A stretch of DNA of 64,000 nt from Candidatus Bathyarchaeota archaeon (GCA_963780265.1 CAWABQ010000031.1:5126-69125); one strand, 5' to 3'; counted from the stretch's first letter, positions 28,685 through 37,543 are shown. Numbers and translations: made by a program. Notes: generated by a model from the letters alone, not told the origin.

Positions 28685-29214
28685 GTGGCAACACTAGTCT
28701 TGACCAAAGCCCAGAGGGGCTTACTTAAACGACCACTTGGAGAGCTGATTTCTGGGACACCCTCCAACTGCAACCTGAAACTTATGGAAATTGTGGCAAC
28801 TGAAAAACCTGCACGGCTCATTCTGGTCGGTGACACTGTTTCCGAAATGCCATCCAAATGGAAATGAAACCAGATGTAATCATTATTGACAACATGGAGA
28901 AGCGGCAGAAGGCCGTTCAATTCAATTACACTGCGGAGAACATCTTCCGAACACAGAACGCGAGCGGAACAATCGAATCGGGAGCGTGGAAAGTTATCGA
29001 GGAAGCTGTACGGAGGGGCAACAGCGTTGTTAACGTCGATGGTGAAGAGGACCTGCTGACACTCCCGGCTGTTTTGTCTTCACCGGACAAGTCCATCGTG
29101 GTCTATGGGCAGCCTGGCGAGGGAATCGTTCTCGTCAGGGTCTCCGCCGAAAAAAAGAAAGAAGTCAGCAGATTCATCGAGCGAATGCAAAGAAAAGCTG
29201 AACTTACTTCGTAG
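28685..29214 (+). CDS. DUF359/COG1909 protein (GTP-dependent dephospho-CoA kinase family), frame broken at 28845-28847
   Basis: Track ORFs 28685..28867 (LKRPLGELI...LILVGDTVSE) and 28858..29214 (PDVIIIDNMEKRQ...) join if one A is added (GAAAAT), giving GDTVSENAIQMEMKPDVIIID. The neighbourhood with Rpo7/Spt4 is conserved. Confidence 0.75.
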
Positions 29215-29413
29215 CCTTCACAAAGTCGGTAAAGCTACAGGACCCACAAGTCCAACGTTCGACAGGGGTCTTGTGAAACGCCATAATGTTGGCACACCGT
29301 GGGCACTTTCGATTCTTGAGTTTGACCGTTCCCTTCTGGGAGTCAACCTCGTAAAGAGTGTTCAGCCTAATGTTTGGTTCCTTTTTCTCGCTCAGTTCCT
29401 TTTTCTCGCTCAC
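29204..29413 (-). CDS. rps27ae: 30S ribosomal protein S27ae (eS31)
   Basis: KCPRCANIMAFH...WTCGSCSF zinc ribbon. GTG start overlaps the rps24e stop (GTGA). Confidence 0.9.
   Translation of the reverse strand: MSEKKELSEKKEPNIRLNTLYEVDSQKGTVKLKNRKCPRCANIMAFHKTPVERWTCGSCSFTDFVKATK
29377..29412. repeat. perfect 18-bp tandem duplication (x2)
   Basis: GTTCCTTTTTCTCGCTCA occurs at 29377..29394 and again at 29395..29412. It encodes SEKKEL/SEKKEP at the S27ae N-terminus on the minus strand. Confidence 0.9.
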
Positions 29414-29886
29414 TTCGCTTCGCTCCCTTTAGCCTTCTTAGGCGCTTCCGCTGCCGCTTTTGCTTCTTGTTTAGGCTTCTCTTCCTTGACTTCTTTAGGT
29501 TCTTCCTTCGGTTTTTCCGGTTTTGCTTTTTCGGCTTTCGGTTTCTCTGCCTTGGGTTTCGCTTCCTGTTTCTTGGCTTCTTCTTCCCTTACCCGTTTTC
29601 GTTCCTCTGGCGGAAGGTTACGAACCTGAATGTACTTTGGCACGGTGCGTTGAGCGCTCTGGGGGTCGTCGTAAACCTCTATCTCGCAAAAGGCGCTCTG
29701 TGTCCCAGTTTTCGTCTCAACATCGAAAACGTAGACGTTCTCTGGTTTCGTGCCAAATTTTGTCGCGATCGCTTTTCTCAAGTCAACCCTTGAAGGTGTG
29801 CCCGCCCCATCGTGGTCTACCTCTACGTGGACCTCCTTCCTCTTCAGCAAAGGGTTGTACGTTTCATCCCTAACTTTGAAATCCAA
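29410..29886 (-). CDS. rps24e: 30S ribosomal protein S24e (eS24) with ~60-aa Lys/Glu/Pro/Ala-rich C-terminal extension
   Basis: NPLLKRKEVHVEVDHDGAGTPSR, then EEAKKQEAKPKAEKPKAEKAKPEKPKEEPKEVKEEKPKQEAKAAAEAPKKAK. TTG 29886 is the likely start, 14 nt after the rps6e stop. The track ORF extends to 29943. Confidence 0.9.
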   Translation of the reverse strand: MDFKVRDETYNPLLKRKEVHVEVDHDGAGTPSRVDLRKAIATKFGTKPENVYVFDVETKTGTQSAFCEIEVYDDPQSAQRTVPKYIQVRNLPPEERKRVREEEAKKQEAKPKAEKPKAEKAKPEKPKEEPKEVKEEKPKQEAKAAAEAPKKAKGSEAK

Positions 29887-29899
29887 TCTTACACGTCTC

Positions 29900-30379
29900 T
29901 TACTTTGTTTTCTTAGCCGCCTTCTTTGCGGTCTTCTTGGCACGCGGCTTCTCAGGCGGCTTTTCGGCGGCTAGCTTGAGTGGCTCGGTTGGGGGTTTGG
30001 TTTCGGCGGGTCGCTTTGGTTCCTGGCCAGCCACTTCCTTTCTAATGGTGAAGTTGATCTGGTAGGTTTCATCTGTTATTGTTCGCCCTCGCACCAGCTT
30101 TCTTCTCCTTTCACCGTGTCGGGTTTGTCTAAATCCTGGCCCACCGGTAAGGACGATATGCTTCTTAACTCCACCATGCACGTCAGGTCTCATTGGAATG
30201 CCATTCTTGTCGCAGCCGCCAGAGATGAGAATCTTATTCGAACCGAGCCCTAAGGCCGACCCGTCTATCGTTTCGCCCAGAGAGCGACCGATGAGTGCTT
30301 GTGCCCTAGATCCTTCTATCTCGCTCGCGGCAGACTTGCCAGTAGCTGGGTCAGAGATAATCACTTTGAACTTTGCCAT
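29900..30379 (-). CDS. rps6e: 30S ribosomal protein S6e (eS6) with Lys/Pro/Ala-rich C-terminal tail
   Basis: MAKFKVIISDP, GGCDKNGIPMRPDV, GERRRKLVRG. The tail is PKRPAETKPPTEPLKLAAEKPPEKPRAKKTAKKAAKKTK. Confidence 0.95.
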   Translation of the reverse strand: MAKFKVIISDPATGKSAASEIEGSRAQALIGRSLGETIDGSALGLGSNKILISGGCDKNGIPMRPDVHGGVKKHIVLTGGPGFRQTRHGERRRKLVRGRTITDETYQINFTIRKEVAGQEPKRPAETKPPTEPLKLAAEKPPEKPRAKKTAKKAAKKTK

Positions 30380-30451
30380 GACGTTGACCTGTCTGAAGGC
30401 GCGGAGCGATACTACGCTTTAAGTGCCTTTTATTAACGTTGCCAGAATTTC

Positions 30452-30814
30452 CTATAGGGGTGTATGGCCTCGAAAGAACGCTTTCAATTCCGAGATGCTC
30501 ATGAACCCATGCTCCTTCCGTTCTGCACCACCCGTTTCAAGCCAAATGTGCTTAGCCTTCCTACCCTCAATTTCCCGGAGAAACCCCTCCAAAGCAAGCG
30601 GCTTCACGGGTTCACGGATTTCGCCGGAGTAAATTGTCTCCACTAACTTGCCCCTCTCCCCCTGGCCGAGTGCTCCCTGGAACTTGAAGTAGGTCATTTT
30701 ATCGCCGGCTGAGTGCACTATTCCAAGAGTCGTCGCGTCCCTGAACTCGACAAGAAGCATGGAGTATTGATGAATCTCACTTATTATTTGGATCGCATCA
30801 TTCGCGGAGATCAT
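30452..30814 (-). CDS. hypothetical protein
   Basis: 120-aa ORF with balanced composition. ATGA overlap with the upstream small ORF. No family recognised. Confidence 0.45.
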   Translation of the reverse strand: MISANDAIQIISEIHQYSMLLVEFRDATTLGIVHSAGDKMTYFKFQGALGQGERGKLVETIYSGEIREPVKPLALEGFLREIEGRKAKHIWLETGGAERKEHGFMSISELKAFFRGHTPL

Positions 30815-31038
30815 CGTCCATCATTATCCGATAACGCGACGAAGGTTCTCAGCTTGTGAGCGCTAAAGTGCCTATTCAAGTTTGACAGCCGCGAGTACCA
30901 TCGGGCCGGGAACTCCACTTCCTGCCCGCAGCCTTTCAGCCCAATCTGAACTATTGACGCGCCATTTTCCGCAGAAACGTTCATAAAAGGCTCACAAGTG
31001 CTAGTCAGTTGGCAAATGTGCGGTGAAGCGAATGCCAA
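30811..31038 (-). CDS. hypothetical small protein
   Basis: 75-aa track ORF. An internal Met at 30984 avoids the head-on overlap with rpl7ae. Its stop overlaps the next ORF's start. No family recognised. Confidence 0.3.
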   Translation of the reverse strand: MAFASPHICQLTSTCEPFMNVSAENGASIVQIGLKGCGQEVEFPARWYSRLSNLNRHFSAHKLRTFVALSDNDGR

Positions 31039-31424
31039 AATCGTTCTACGTTAAGTTCGAAGTCCCAAAGGAATTGGCCGATAAAGCACTTCAAGTTGTG
31101 CAAGTGGCTAAGGATTCGGGAAAGATTAGGAAAGGAACGAATGAGAGTACCAAAGCCATTGAACGTGCTGTTGCAAAGCTCGTCCTGATAGCGGAGGACG
31201 TTGACCCTCCACAGGTCGTTGCGCACTTACCGATATTGTGTGAAGAGAGGAAGATACCGTTCCTTTTTGTTCCGAGTAAACTTGACCTAGGTCGGGCTGC
31301 AGGAATTGATGTTGGTTGTGCCGCGGTTTCCGTTCTTGATGGCGGTGAAGGTTCTAAGGCTCTGAAGGAAGTGGCCGACGCAACGCAGGAATTTAGAAAG
31401 GGCGGAGCCAAAGGACAGGCATGA
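31032..31424 (+). CDS. rpl7ae: 50S ribosomal protein L7Ae (eL8, kink-turn binding)
   Basis: [43 protein letters not shown] 31032, while the track starts at GTG 31023. Confidence 0.95.
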   Translation: MPKSFYVKFEVPKELADKALQVVQVAKDSGKIRKGTNESTKAIERAVAKLVLIAEDVDPPQVVAHLPILCEERKIPFLFVPSKLDLGRAAGIDVGCAAVSVLDGGEGSKALKEVADATQEFRKGGAKGQA

Positions 31425-31645
31425 GCAGCGCGAAGGAACGTACGGAAGAAGCAATAACCCCCGCCGAAGTGACCCAAATTATCGGAAGAACCGGCGTAAC
31501 TGGAGAAGTAATTCAGGTCCGCGTCCGAATTTTGGAGGGGCGCGATAAAGGCCGAGTTATTACCCGGAATATCAAGGGGCCAATTAGAACTGGCGACGTA
31601 TTGATGCTGCGGGAAACTGAAAGAGAAGCCAAGAAAATCAGGTAG
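31421..31645 (+). CDS. rps28e: 30S ribosomal protein S28e (eS28)
   Basis: [40 protein letters not shown]. Confidence 0.95.
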   Translation: MSSAKERTEEAITPAEVTQIIGRTGVTGEVIQVRVRILEGRDKGRVITRNIKGPIRTGDVLMLRETEREAKKIR

Positions 31646-31646
31646 A

Positions 31647-31856
31647 GTGAGCGCCTGCAACTTGCCGAGAACATTCACGTGCTCGTTCTGCGGAAAGGAC
31701 TTTCCGCAAGCTACCGGAATAATGTACGTCAAGAATGACGGGTCAATTCTGTACTTCTGCTCATCGAAGTGCCGAAAGAGCCTCATGGTTTACGGAAGGG
31801 ATCCTAGAAAACTAAAGTGGACAGTTTACCACGGAAAGAAGGAAAGAGGCAAGTAA
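31647..31856 (+). CDS. rpl24e: 50S ribosomal protein L24e (eL24)
   Basis: [34 protein letters not shown] start. Confidence 0.95.
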   Translation: MSACNLPRTFTCSFCGKDFPQATGIMYVKNDGSILYFCSSKCRKSLMVYGRDPRKLKWTVYHGKKERGK

Positions 31857-31867
31857 GGGAAGGATTC

Positions 31868-32326
31868 TTGCAGACTGAGCAAACCTTCTCATTTCTCAAA
31901 CCCGAGAGCGTGATGCGAGGCTTCATCGGTGAAATCGTTTCTCGTTTCGAGAAGAAGGGGTTAGTGCTAATCGCGGGCAAACTCATTCAGATGTCTTCCG
32001 AACAGGCGGGAAAACTGTACGAGGTACATAAGGGGAAACCGTTCTTCCAAGAACTTGTCTCGCATGTGACATCAGGTCCGGTGTTCGTCATGGTTTGGGA
32101 AGGGCCGAATGCGGTCAGCGTGGTTCGGGGTTTGGTGGGTGCTACGAACCCACTAAACGCAGCGCCTGGCACAGTTAGAGGCGACTTCGCTCTCTCAATC
32201 ACCCCAAATGCCATTCATGCCGCGGACTCGTTAGACAACGCCAAACATGAAATGTCCATTTTCTTCCAAACAAATGAATTCGCAAAGTATTCGAAACCGA
32301 CGGAACGTCAATTTCTTTTAAAGTAG
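31868..32326 (+). CDS. ndk: nucleoside diphosphate kinase
   Basis: EQTFSFLKPE, FEKKG, GPVFVMVWEG, GATNP, TVRGDF, NAIHAADS. The TTG 31868 start avoids overlap with rpl24e. Confidence 0.9.
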   Translation: MQTEQTFSFLKPESVMRGFIGEIVSRFEKKGLVLIAGKLIQMSSEQAGKLYEVHKGKPFFQELVSHVTSGPVFVMVWEGPNAVSVVRGLVGATNPLNAAPGTVRGDFALSITPNAIHAADSLDNAKHEMSIFFQTNEFAKYSKPTERQFLLK

Positions 32327-32327
32327 G

Positions 32328-32894
32328 TTAGAAGCCCCAAATTGGGTTCTGTTTTCTTTTAATCTGAATTAGTTCCTTAATCGTTTCTTGGTCGCTTTCC
32401 GTAAGTTCAGACGGGAACTTGGTCATGAACGTCTTCAAGTGTCTCTCAGGAACATCAGTGTAGAGTGTATCGCCTTCGGAAATATTGCGTCCCACCACAC
32501 CGTCTTCTATTGACACGGCAACCTGCATGCCGGCTACGGCTTCTTGAATGTCCTTCCCCTGATCTTGCATTCTCTGCAGTTCGCCAAGTTTCCTATCTGA
32601 TGATGTGATCATGTGATATTTCGGCTTGAGCTTGCCAGAAAGTATTTCCACGCCCACTATCGCCGGTTTGCTCCTTCTGAAGATAAGTCCAGTCAAAACT
32701 TTCGCTTTGCAAGGTCGCACAAGGAGGTCCAGCTCGGCTTTTACTCCCGTCGTACGTTGCTCTTCGCTCCATCTCAGATAATCCTCAATCATATGGTAGA
32801 TTATGTCAGATTGAAAAATCGGTATCCTTGCAGTCTTAGCTTCTTCCTCGGCATCGGGCAATATCTTCACATTAAAGGCCAGCACCACTGCCAC
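32328..32894 (-). CDS. infB: translation initiation factor aIF5B, C-terminal fragment (frame break near 32981-32986)
   Basis: AVVLAFNVKILPDAEEEAK.... The upstream in-frame sequence HDVPIRLADIGDVSRRDVVEAEAAGQEDRLV joins the N-terminal fragment (…GSLEAVTEALSD) if one C is restored. Confidence 0.9.
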   Translation of the reverse strand: MAVVLAFNVKILPDAEEEAKTARIPIFQSDIIYHMIEDYLRWSEEQRTTGVKAELDLLVRPCKAKVLTGLIFRRSKPAIVGVEILSGKLKPKYHMITSSDRKLGELQRMQDQGKDIQEAVAGMQVAVSIEDGVVGRNISEGDTLYTDVPERHLKTFMTKFPSELTESDQETIKELIQIKRKQNPIWGF

Positions 32895-32962
32895 GAGCCT
32901 GTCCTCTTGGCCTGCCGCTTCCGCCTCAACGACATCACGCCTCGAAACGTCTCCAATGTCGG

Positions 32963-34120
32963 CTAGGCGAATTGGGACATCGTGTCGGAGAGAGCTTCTG
33001 TAACAGCTTCAAGTGAACCTAATGTGTCGGTCTTCAGTACGATGCCCGACCTTTCCGCCTTTATTCGAAGCTTTTCAACCTCATCCTCAACGATCCGAAC
33101 ATACTCCTTCGCATTCTTACCCTTCACGACGGCGTAAAGTGGAGAGCCAGCAAGCGCGGTCTCTAAGTTAGGAGCCGCAACCTTTACTCCCGATGCAGCC
33201 GTAACCCTCTTCACACTTGTGAACCGGTCTCGTGGGTCCCTAATTTCATCTAAAGGCTTGGGGACCAAAATCGCGCGGACTTCAGTGATAATCGGATGGT
33301 TTCGGCCGCCTAAGACTATCGTATCATCGACCTTCAAGGATCCATCATAGATGATTGCGTTGATGGTTGTGCCGAGGCCAGGTTCATCTCTTACCTCGAG
33401 AACGGTGCCTCTTGCCGGCCCGGAAGTGACTAGGAGTTCATCCGACAAGTATGCCTGGGTTAGGCCCGTTAATATGGCGAGAAGTTCCGGTATGCCTTCA
33501 CCGGTTTTTGCGCTCACAGGGACAATCGCGACGTTCTGCGTGAATTCAGAAATCCTATCAAACCTTTCCGCCCGAAAGCCAAGCCTAGAGAGAGTTCCCA
33601 TGATCGTGTATATTCGATTATCGAGCTCGGTTTGTATTTCGGGAAACTGAGTTTTGAGTGAAGTCATGAAAGATGATTCAGGTGCAGATTTCCAGCCCTT
33701 TATCGCATCGATTTTGTTCGCTGCCACTATGAACGGTGTCTTCCGGCTTTTCAGAATGTTTAGTGATTCTACTGTTTGGGGTTCAACTCCTTTAGTCAAG
33801 TCAATTACAAGGATGGCAATGTCTGCTGCGGAACCACCCCTTCGCCTGAGGTTCGAGAAGGTCTCATGGCCAGGAGTGTCAATGAAGAGAAGCCCAGGTA
33901 CTTTAAGCTCGAAATGAAACTGCTGCAGAAGCTTGCCGCAGATCTGTTCAATTGTCTTGCTTGGGAGTAAGCTGGCGCCAATCATTTGCGTTATTTGGCC
34001 CGGCTCTCGCTTCGCAACCGTCGTCCCCCGCAGCTTATCGAGTAGGGTTGTTTTTCCATGGTCGACATGACCGAGTACTACGACGATTGGCTGGCGCAGC
34101 GTCAACGTTCTCACACCCAA
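32963..34120 (-). CDS. infB: translation initiation factor aIF5B, N-terminal GTPase fragment
   Basis: LRQPIVVVLGHVDHGKTTLLDKLRG, FIDTPGHE, ANKID. Confidence 0.9.
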   Translation of the reverse strand: MGVRTLTLRQPIVVVLGHVDHGKTTLLDKLRGTTVAKREPGQITQMIGASLLPSKTIEQICGKLLQQFHFELKVPGLLFIDTPGHETFSNLRRRGGSAADIAILVIDLTKGVEPQTVESLNILKSRKTPFIVAANKIDAIKGWKSAPESSFMTSLKTQFPEIQTELDNRIYTIMGTLSRLGFRAERFDRISEFTQNVAIVPVSAKTGEGIPELLAILTGLTQAYLSDELLVTSGPARGTVLEVRDEPGLGTTINAIIYDGSLKVDDTIVLGGRNHPIITEVRAILVPKPLDEIRDPRDRFTSVKRVTAASGVKVAAPNLETALAGSPLYAVVKGKNAKEYVRIVEDEVEKLRIKAERSGIVLKTDTLGSLEAVTEALSDTMSQFA

Positions 34121-34147
34121 GCATTTTTGACAACCACTACACGAATG

Positions 34148-34450
34148 TTAACCCCTTAAACTTTCGTTGAATTTCGCGCAAGGATTGTAAAAAGGTCCAT
34201 CCAGGTCGGGATCTTGGGATGATGTGGGCGCTCGGAGCGTTGGCTTTCCTCTCAGAGCTCTCCCAGCAGTTTCCTCCAGCGAAACACGGGACAGCAAGGC
34301 GGTCCCAAGTCCTTGAACATTCTCTTCGAGATTTCTTATTCCAAGCTCGTAAACTTGAGGAAATCTACTGGGAAGTCCCTTTGATGGAGAGAGAACTGCC
34401 ACAGTATCATTTCGTCTCAACCTGTCAGGTTTTCTAGATCCTTGGTTCAT
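34148..34450 (-). pseudogene. LD-carboxypeptidase (S66/MccF-like) N-terminal remnant
   Basis: LRRNDTVAVLSPSKGLPSRFPQVYELGIRNLEE matches the start of S66 peptidases. The remainder is scrambled across frames, and only about 100 of the expected ~300 aa fit before infB. Confidence 0.4.
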
Positions 34451-34735
34451 ACCATACCACCTGACTCTACAACTCTGTCACTCTCTGTAAACCAAACGTC
34501 GTCCGTCATCAATGTAATGTCGACTAAGAAGGAGCATACCCAGTTTCGTGGGTTCAATCAAAACCAAAGATGAATTGCAACTGAGCGCTTATGCGTGCCA
34601 GTTCGTCTTGAAGATGCTGAGAGTCCACTTAACTTTAGTGAACAAATCTATATACGAATAATGCCCTATGGGTTACTGATAACTCACGATTCAAAAAGGA
34701 ACGGTACGTGGAAAGTGTGACCGGGACCGGAAAAC

Positions 34736-35539
34736 ATGAGAGAATATTATGAGGTCTTGGGAGTTCCGGAAGACGCCACAAGGGAACAAGTGAAAGCAGT
34801 CTATAGACGACTTGCCCTCCGATACCACCCCGATAGGAACAAGAATCCCGCAGCACTGGAAAGGTTCAAGGAAATCTCACAGGCCTACGCTGAGGCATGT
34901 GAGGCTCTGCAGAATCGAGGGTTGGTCACTGAGGAAGAAGCATGGGACCAGACCCCGACATTCATTGCAGAGCCTGAGGAACCTGGTCTTGACCTCCGGG
35001 ACGGGACAAGAATACTTAGAGAGGAAGAAGAGCAGAGGGGAATCGTCAACTTTGCATTGGAAGTTTCACTCAGGGAAGTTGCAACAGGAGCAAGAAAGAC
35101 TATCTCAGTGACTCGGAGAAGCCTTTGCCAATCTTGCCATGGAATGAAATGGAAGCGCCCGTGCAAACATTGTAAGGGGAAAGGTGTAACAGAAAAGATG
35201 GAAGACATTTCGTTTACGATTCCTCCGGGTGTTGAGGAAGGTGCACAGTTCAAACTAGCGGCAGGCAAAAATTTTGGGGGAGACATTTTCGTGAGGATCA
35301 TGATGAGACCCCATCAACTTTTCCGCAGGATTGTCGACGACATTTATTGTGAGGTCCCCGTTTCGATTAACAAATTGAGGCGTGGAGGGGAAATCGCAAT
35401 CCGTACGTTTGATGGTTCAACTGCATTAATTCGTATGCTGCCTAGGACGCGTAAGGGCACAATATACGTCCTACAAGGAATGGGGCTACCCAAATGGGGA
35501 ACATCGAGGAAGGGTAGCCTCATGGCGAAAATTGTGTAA
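34736..35539 (+). CDS. J-domain protein (short DnaJ-like, single CxxC..CxxC zinc finger)
   Basis: [34 protein letters not shown] with HPD, then [14 protein letters not shown], then a DnaJ C-terminal-like beta domain ending early. Confidence 0.8.
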   Translation: MREYYEVLGVPEDATREQVKAVYRRLALRYHPDRNKNPAALERFKEISQAYAEACEALQNRGLVTEEEAWDQTPTFIAEPEEPGLDLRDGTRILREEEEQRGIVNFALEVSLREVATGARKTISVTRRSLCQSCHGMKWKRPCKHCKGKGVTEKMEDISFTIPPGVEEGAQFKLAAGKNFGGDIFVRIMMRPHQLFRRIVDDIYCEVPVSINKLRRGGEIAIRTFDGSTALIRMLPRTRKGTIYVLQGMGLPKWGTSRKGSLMAKIV

Positions 35540-35953
35540 TTCCAAAGTTCGAGCCGCAAAGTCCGGGGAAAGCAAAGGTTGAAGGAATAATTCGCTCACT
35601 TCGAGAAAATGAGCTAATAATAACTGAGATTACACAGCTCCTGGCTAACAGCGGATACGGGCGCCACGGCCCAGTTCTTTAGCAGCTCAGGATTCAGTCC
35701 AGTCACACACTCGGCCGCTTGGACCAGCGTGCGCACGGACTAACCCGCCAAGACACATTAAAAACATCTTTCATAAAGCCACACACAAAAGAAACGAGTG
35801 GGGCTGGGGCTGTGTGTCATTGACAAGAAACGTATTGAAAGAAAAGACGCGCGGACCTACACGTGATCCTGTCAAGGAGAGTGACTAGCTGAGTAAAGCG
35901 AAATGCCTTGTGACGTTAGATTGCGGTCATCTCGCTACCATCTCCACTTCCTA

Positions 35954-36282
35954 CTACGGTCCAACCAAGTACTGTGAGATCTGTAAAGATATGAGGATCA
36001 TAGTTAGTCGATTGGGACAATAGAAGTTCACTGTGCAGCAAAGACCCGTTCCTACGAAGCTCGCAGAAACGCCTTCGTCTTCCAACCTATCGTAGACTTT
36101 GAGCCAGTAGTTGGCTGAAGGTTCTAGGACCGCCTTCACGTCTGGGTTAACGGACTTGGCCAGCTTGACTAGGTCTGGGGCGCCGTCCATGGTGTTGTCG
36201 AATCTCAACTCACGTACGATGGTTCCACTAAGGCTGCTTGGCAGAATTGTTTGTGGACGTCTATTCCAACGTAGATGGCCAT
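35954..36282 (-). mobile_element. IS110-family transposase N-terminal remnant (frameshifted, truncated)
   Basis: AGGAGGTG (36293..36300, minus strand) is followed by ATG 36282 and MAIYVGIDVHKQFCQAALV. After a 1-nt shift, track ORF 35954..36295 gives GTIVRELRFDNTMDGAPDLVKLAKSVNPDVKAVLEPSANYWLKVYDRLEDEGV. Only about 110 aa are present and no C-terminal transposase domain was recognised. Confidence 0.6.
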
Positions 36283-36467
36283 CCTGATTCTTCACCTCCT
36301 TTCATTTTTCAGTTGGCTTGAACGCGGCAATCACCTATCCGTGTGCGTGGCGCATTCGATGAGCCGCTCCAGAAGATTGGCCCATTCAAGGTATTGTTCT
36401 TCGTCCTGTGTTATATGTCCGGGTGGCCAAATTTCCAATTTCATTGAGCCATTTTCACCCACTTCAT

Positions 36468-37502
36468 TTAACCTCCAATCTTGTAGTAAGGCGGAATAGA
36501 GGCTAGGGGTATTCCTGTGCATATTGTTCCCTGAAAGGGATACGGCGGGAAGGGAACTCCGGCCGGCCAGTCTGGATAGACGTACCCAAAGACTTGCACT
36601 ATGGTGTTAGTTGGAATTGTTGATGGCGCTGAAGGATAGAACCAAACGACGAATGTTTGCTCTTGAGAGTATCCGCTGGCAGTTGTCACTGTTCCGTACA
36701 CCGTTAGACAACTCGTTTCATTGAGGAACATTCCAATAATGGTTACCGGAGGCCCCTCGTTGCAGAGGTAGGGATTGAGTGGGTATTGGCATGCAGGGCT
36801 ATTCATGTTGAATGATGAACTGCCACCGTAAGTAGGGACACCGTAGGTGGGCCCTGGTAATGTGACGGTTGAGGTCATTGAGAGCGTTGACGTAGTTACC
36901 GAGGTGGTGGGACTTGTTGTCGAAATCAAACTCATCGTTGAGGATGTACTGGTAGTTGTCACTGTCGTAGTAACTACTTGAGGATTCAATGTGAAGTAGA
37001 TTGGCTCAAGGATAGCTACAATCGCTATGGCAATTAGAGCGACAGCGAAGACTTGCTGGTAGCCATATTCATACGCGAACCTTGCGGTGCTTTCGACACC
37101 GTAAGTCGTTGCAATGCCTGCAAGCACAATTGTGTCAATCCCTCCGCGTCTGAGTCTAAGATCAAGGTCAGTTCCGTAGAACGCTCCCCACTGCCGCTTG
37201 GTTATTACTACGTCAGAAGGAGCAGGTCCTAGCTCTGGCACTATGTCCGCCCAATCCACAGGCATCTCTCCTCGTGAAGGCATTGCAAGGTCAGCGATCG
37301 GTTGGAGAGCTGTCTCCTTTGAAAAGGAGACATGCACAAGGAAGACAGACATCCTCTTCTCCCTGAAAGCGTTAGCCAATTTCACAGCGTTAGATATTAC
37401 AGTCTTCGTGTCATACGGCTCAGTCGACATCAACGTGATTCCCTTTTGGAGGTCGATGACTACTAGGCCCGTGTTCGCTTTGCTTAGAATCAGATCGCTC
37501 AA
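36468..37502 (-). CDS. chimeric ORF: C-terminally truncated isochorismatase-like hydrolase domain joined to a TM segment, Thr/Ser-rich stalk and Cys-containing domain
   Basis: The N-terminal ~160 aa carry LVVIDLQKG, VFLVHV, ITKRQWGAFYGTDLDLRLRRGGIDTIVLAGIATTYGVEST and AYEYGYQQV. The ORF then switches abruptly to FAVALIAIAIVAILEP, then TTTVTTTSTSSTMSLISTTSPTTSVTTST, then a beta-rich domain. Confidence 0.6.
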   Translation of the reverse strand: MSDLILSKANTGLVVIDLQKGITLMSTEPYDTKTVISNAVKLANAFREKRMSVFLVHVSFSKETALQPIADLAMPSRGEMPVDWADIVPELGPAPSDVVITKRQWGAFYGTDLDLRLRRGGIDTIVLAGIATTYGVESTARFAYEYGYQQVFAVALIAIAIVAILEPIYFTLNPQVVTTTVTTTSTSSTMSLISTTSPTTSVTTSTLSMTSTVTLPGPTYGVPTYGGSSSFNMNSPACQYPLNPYLCNEGPPVTIIGMFLNETSCLTVYGTVTTASGYSQEQTFVVWFYPSAPSTIPTNTIVQVFGYVYPDWPAGVPFPPYPFQGTICTGIPLASIPPYYKIGG

Positions 37503-37543
37503 TTCGCATCGCCTTGCAAACCCTACATCCCATCTTCAATATT

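Noticed and set aside
29374-29793. Phe/Leu/Ser-rich plus-strand ORFs (29374..29793, 29105..29629).
   Set aside because: They are the antisense reading of the Lys/Glu-rich S24e extension and of S27ae, so they are a low-complexity mirror artefact.
24401-34120. Interpreting the split cysS and infB genes as genuine gene loss, for example reliance on an alternative Cys-tRNA pathway.
   Set aside because: Both halves are fully conserved up to a single-base discontinuity. The same defect affects many unrelated genes in this window, so a sequence-quality explanation is favoured.
35540-35953. Search for the missing C-terminal half of the IS110 transposase in the ORF-free 415 nt.
   Set aside because: I translated all three minus-strand frames. 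Only vague resemblances appeared (for example …APVSAVSQELCNL…), with no convincing helix-hairpin-helix or GL-P…SG motif. I cannot support more than 'degraded or unrelated spacer'.
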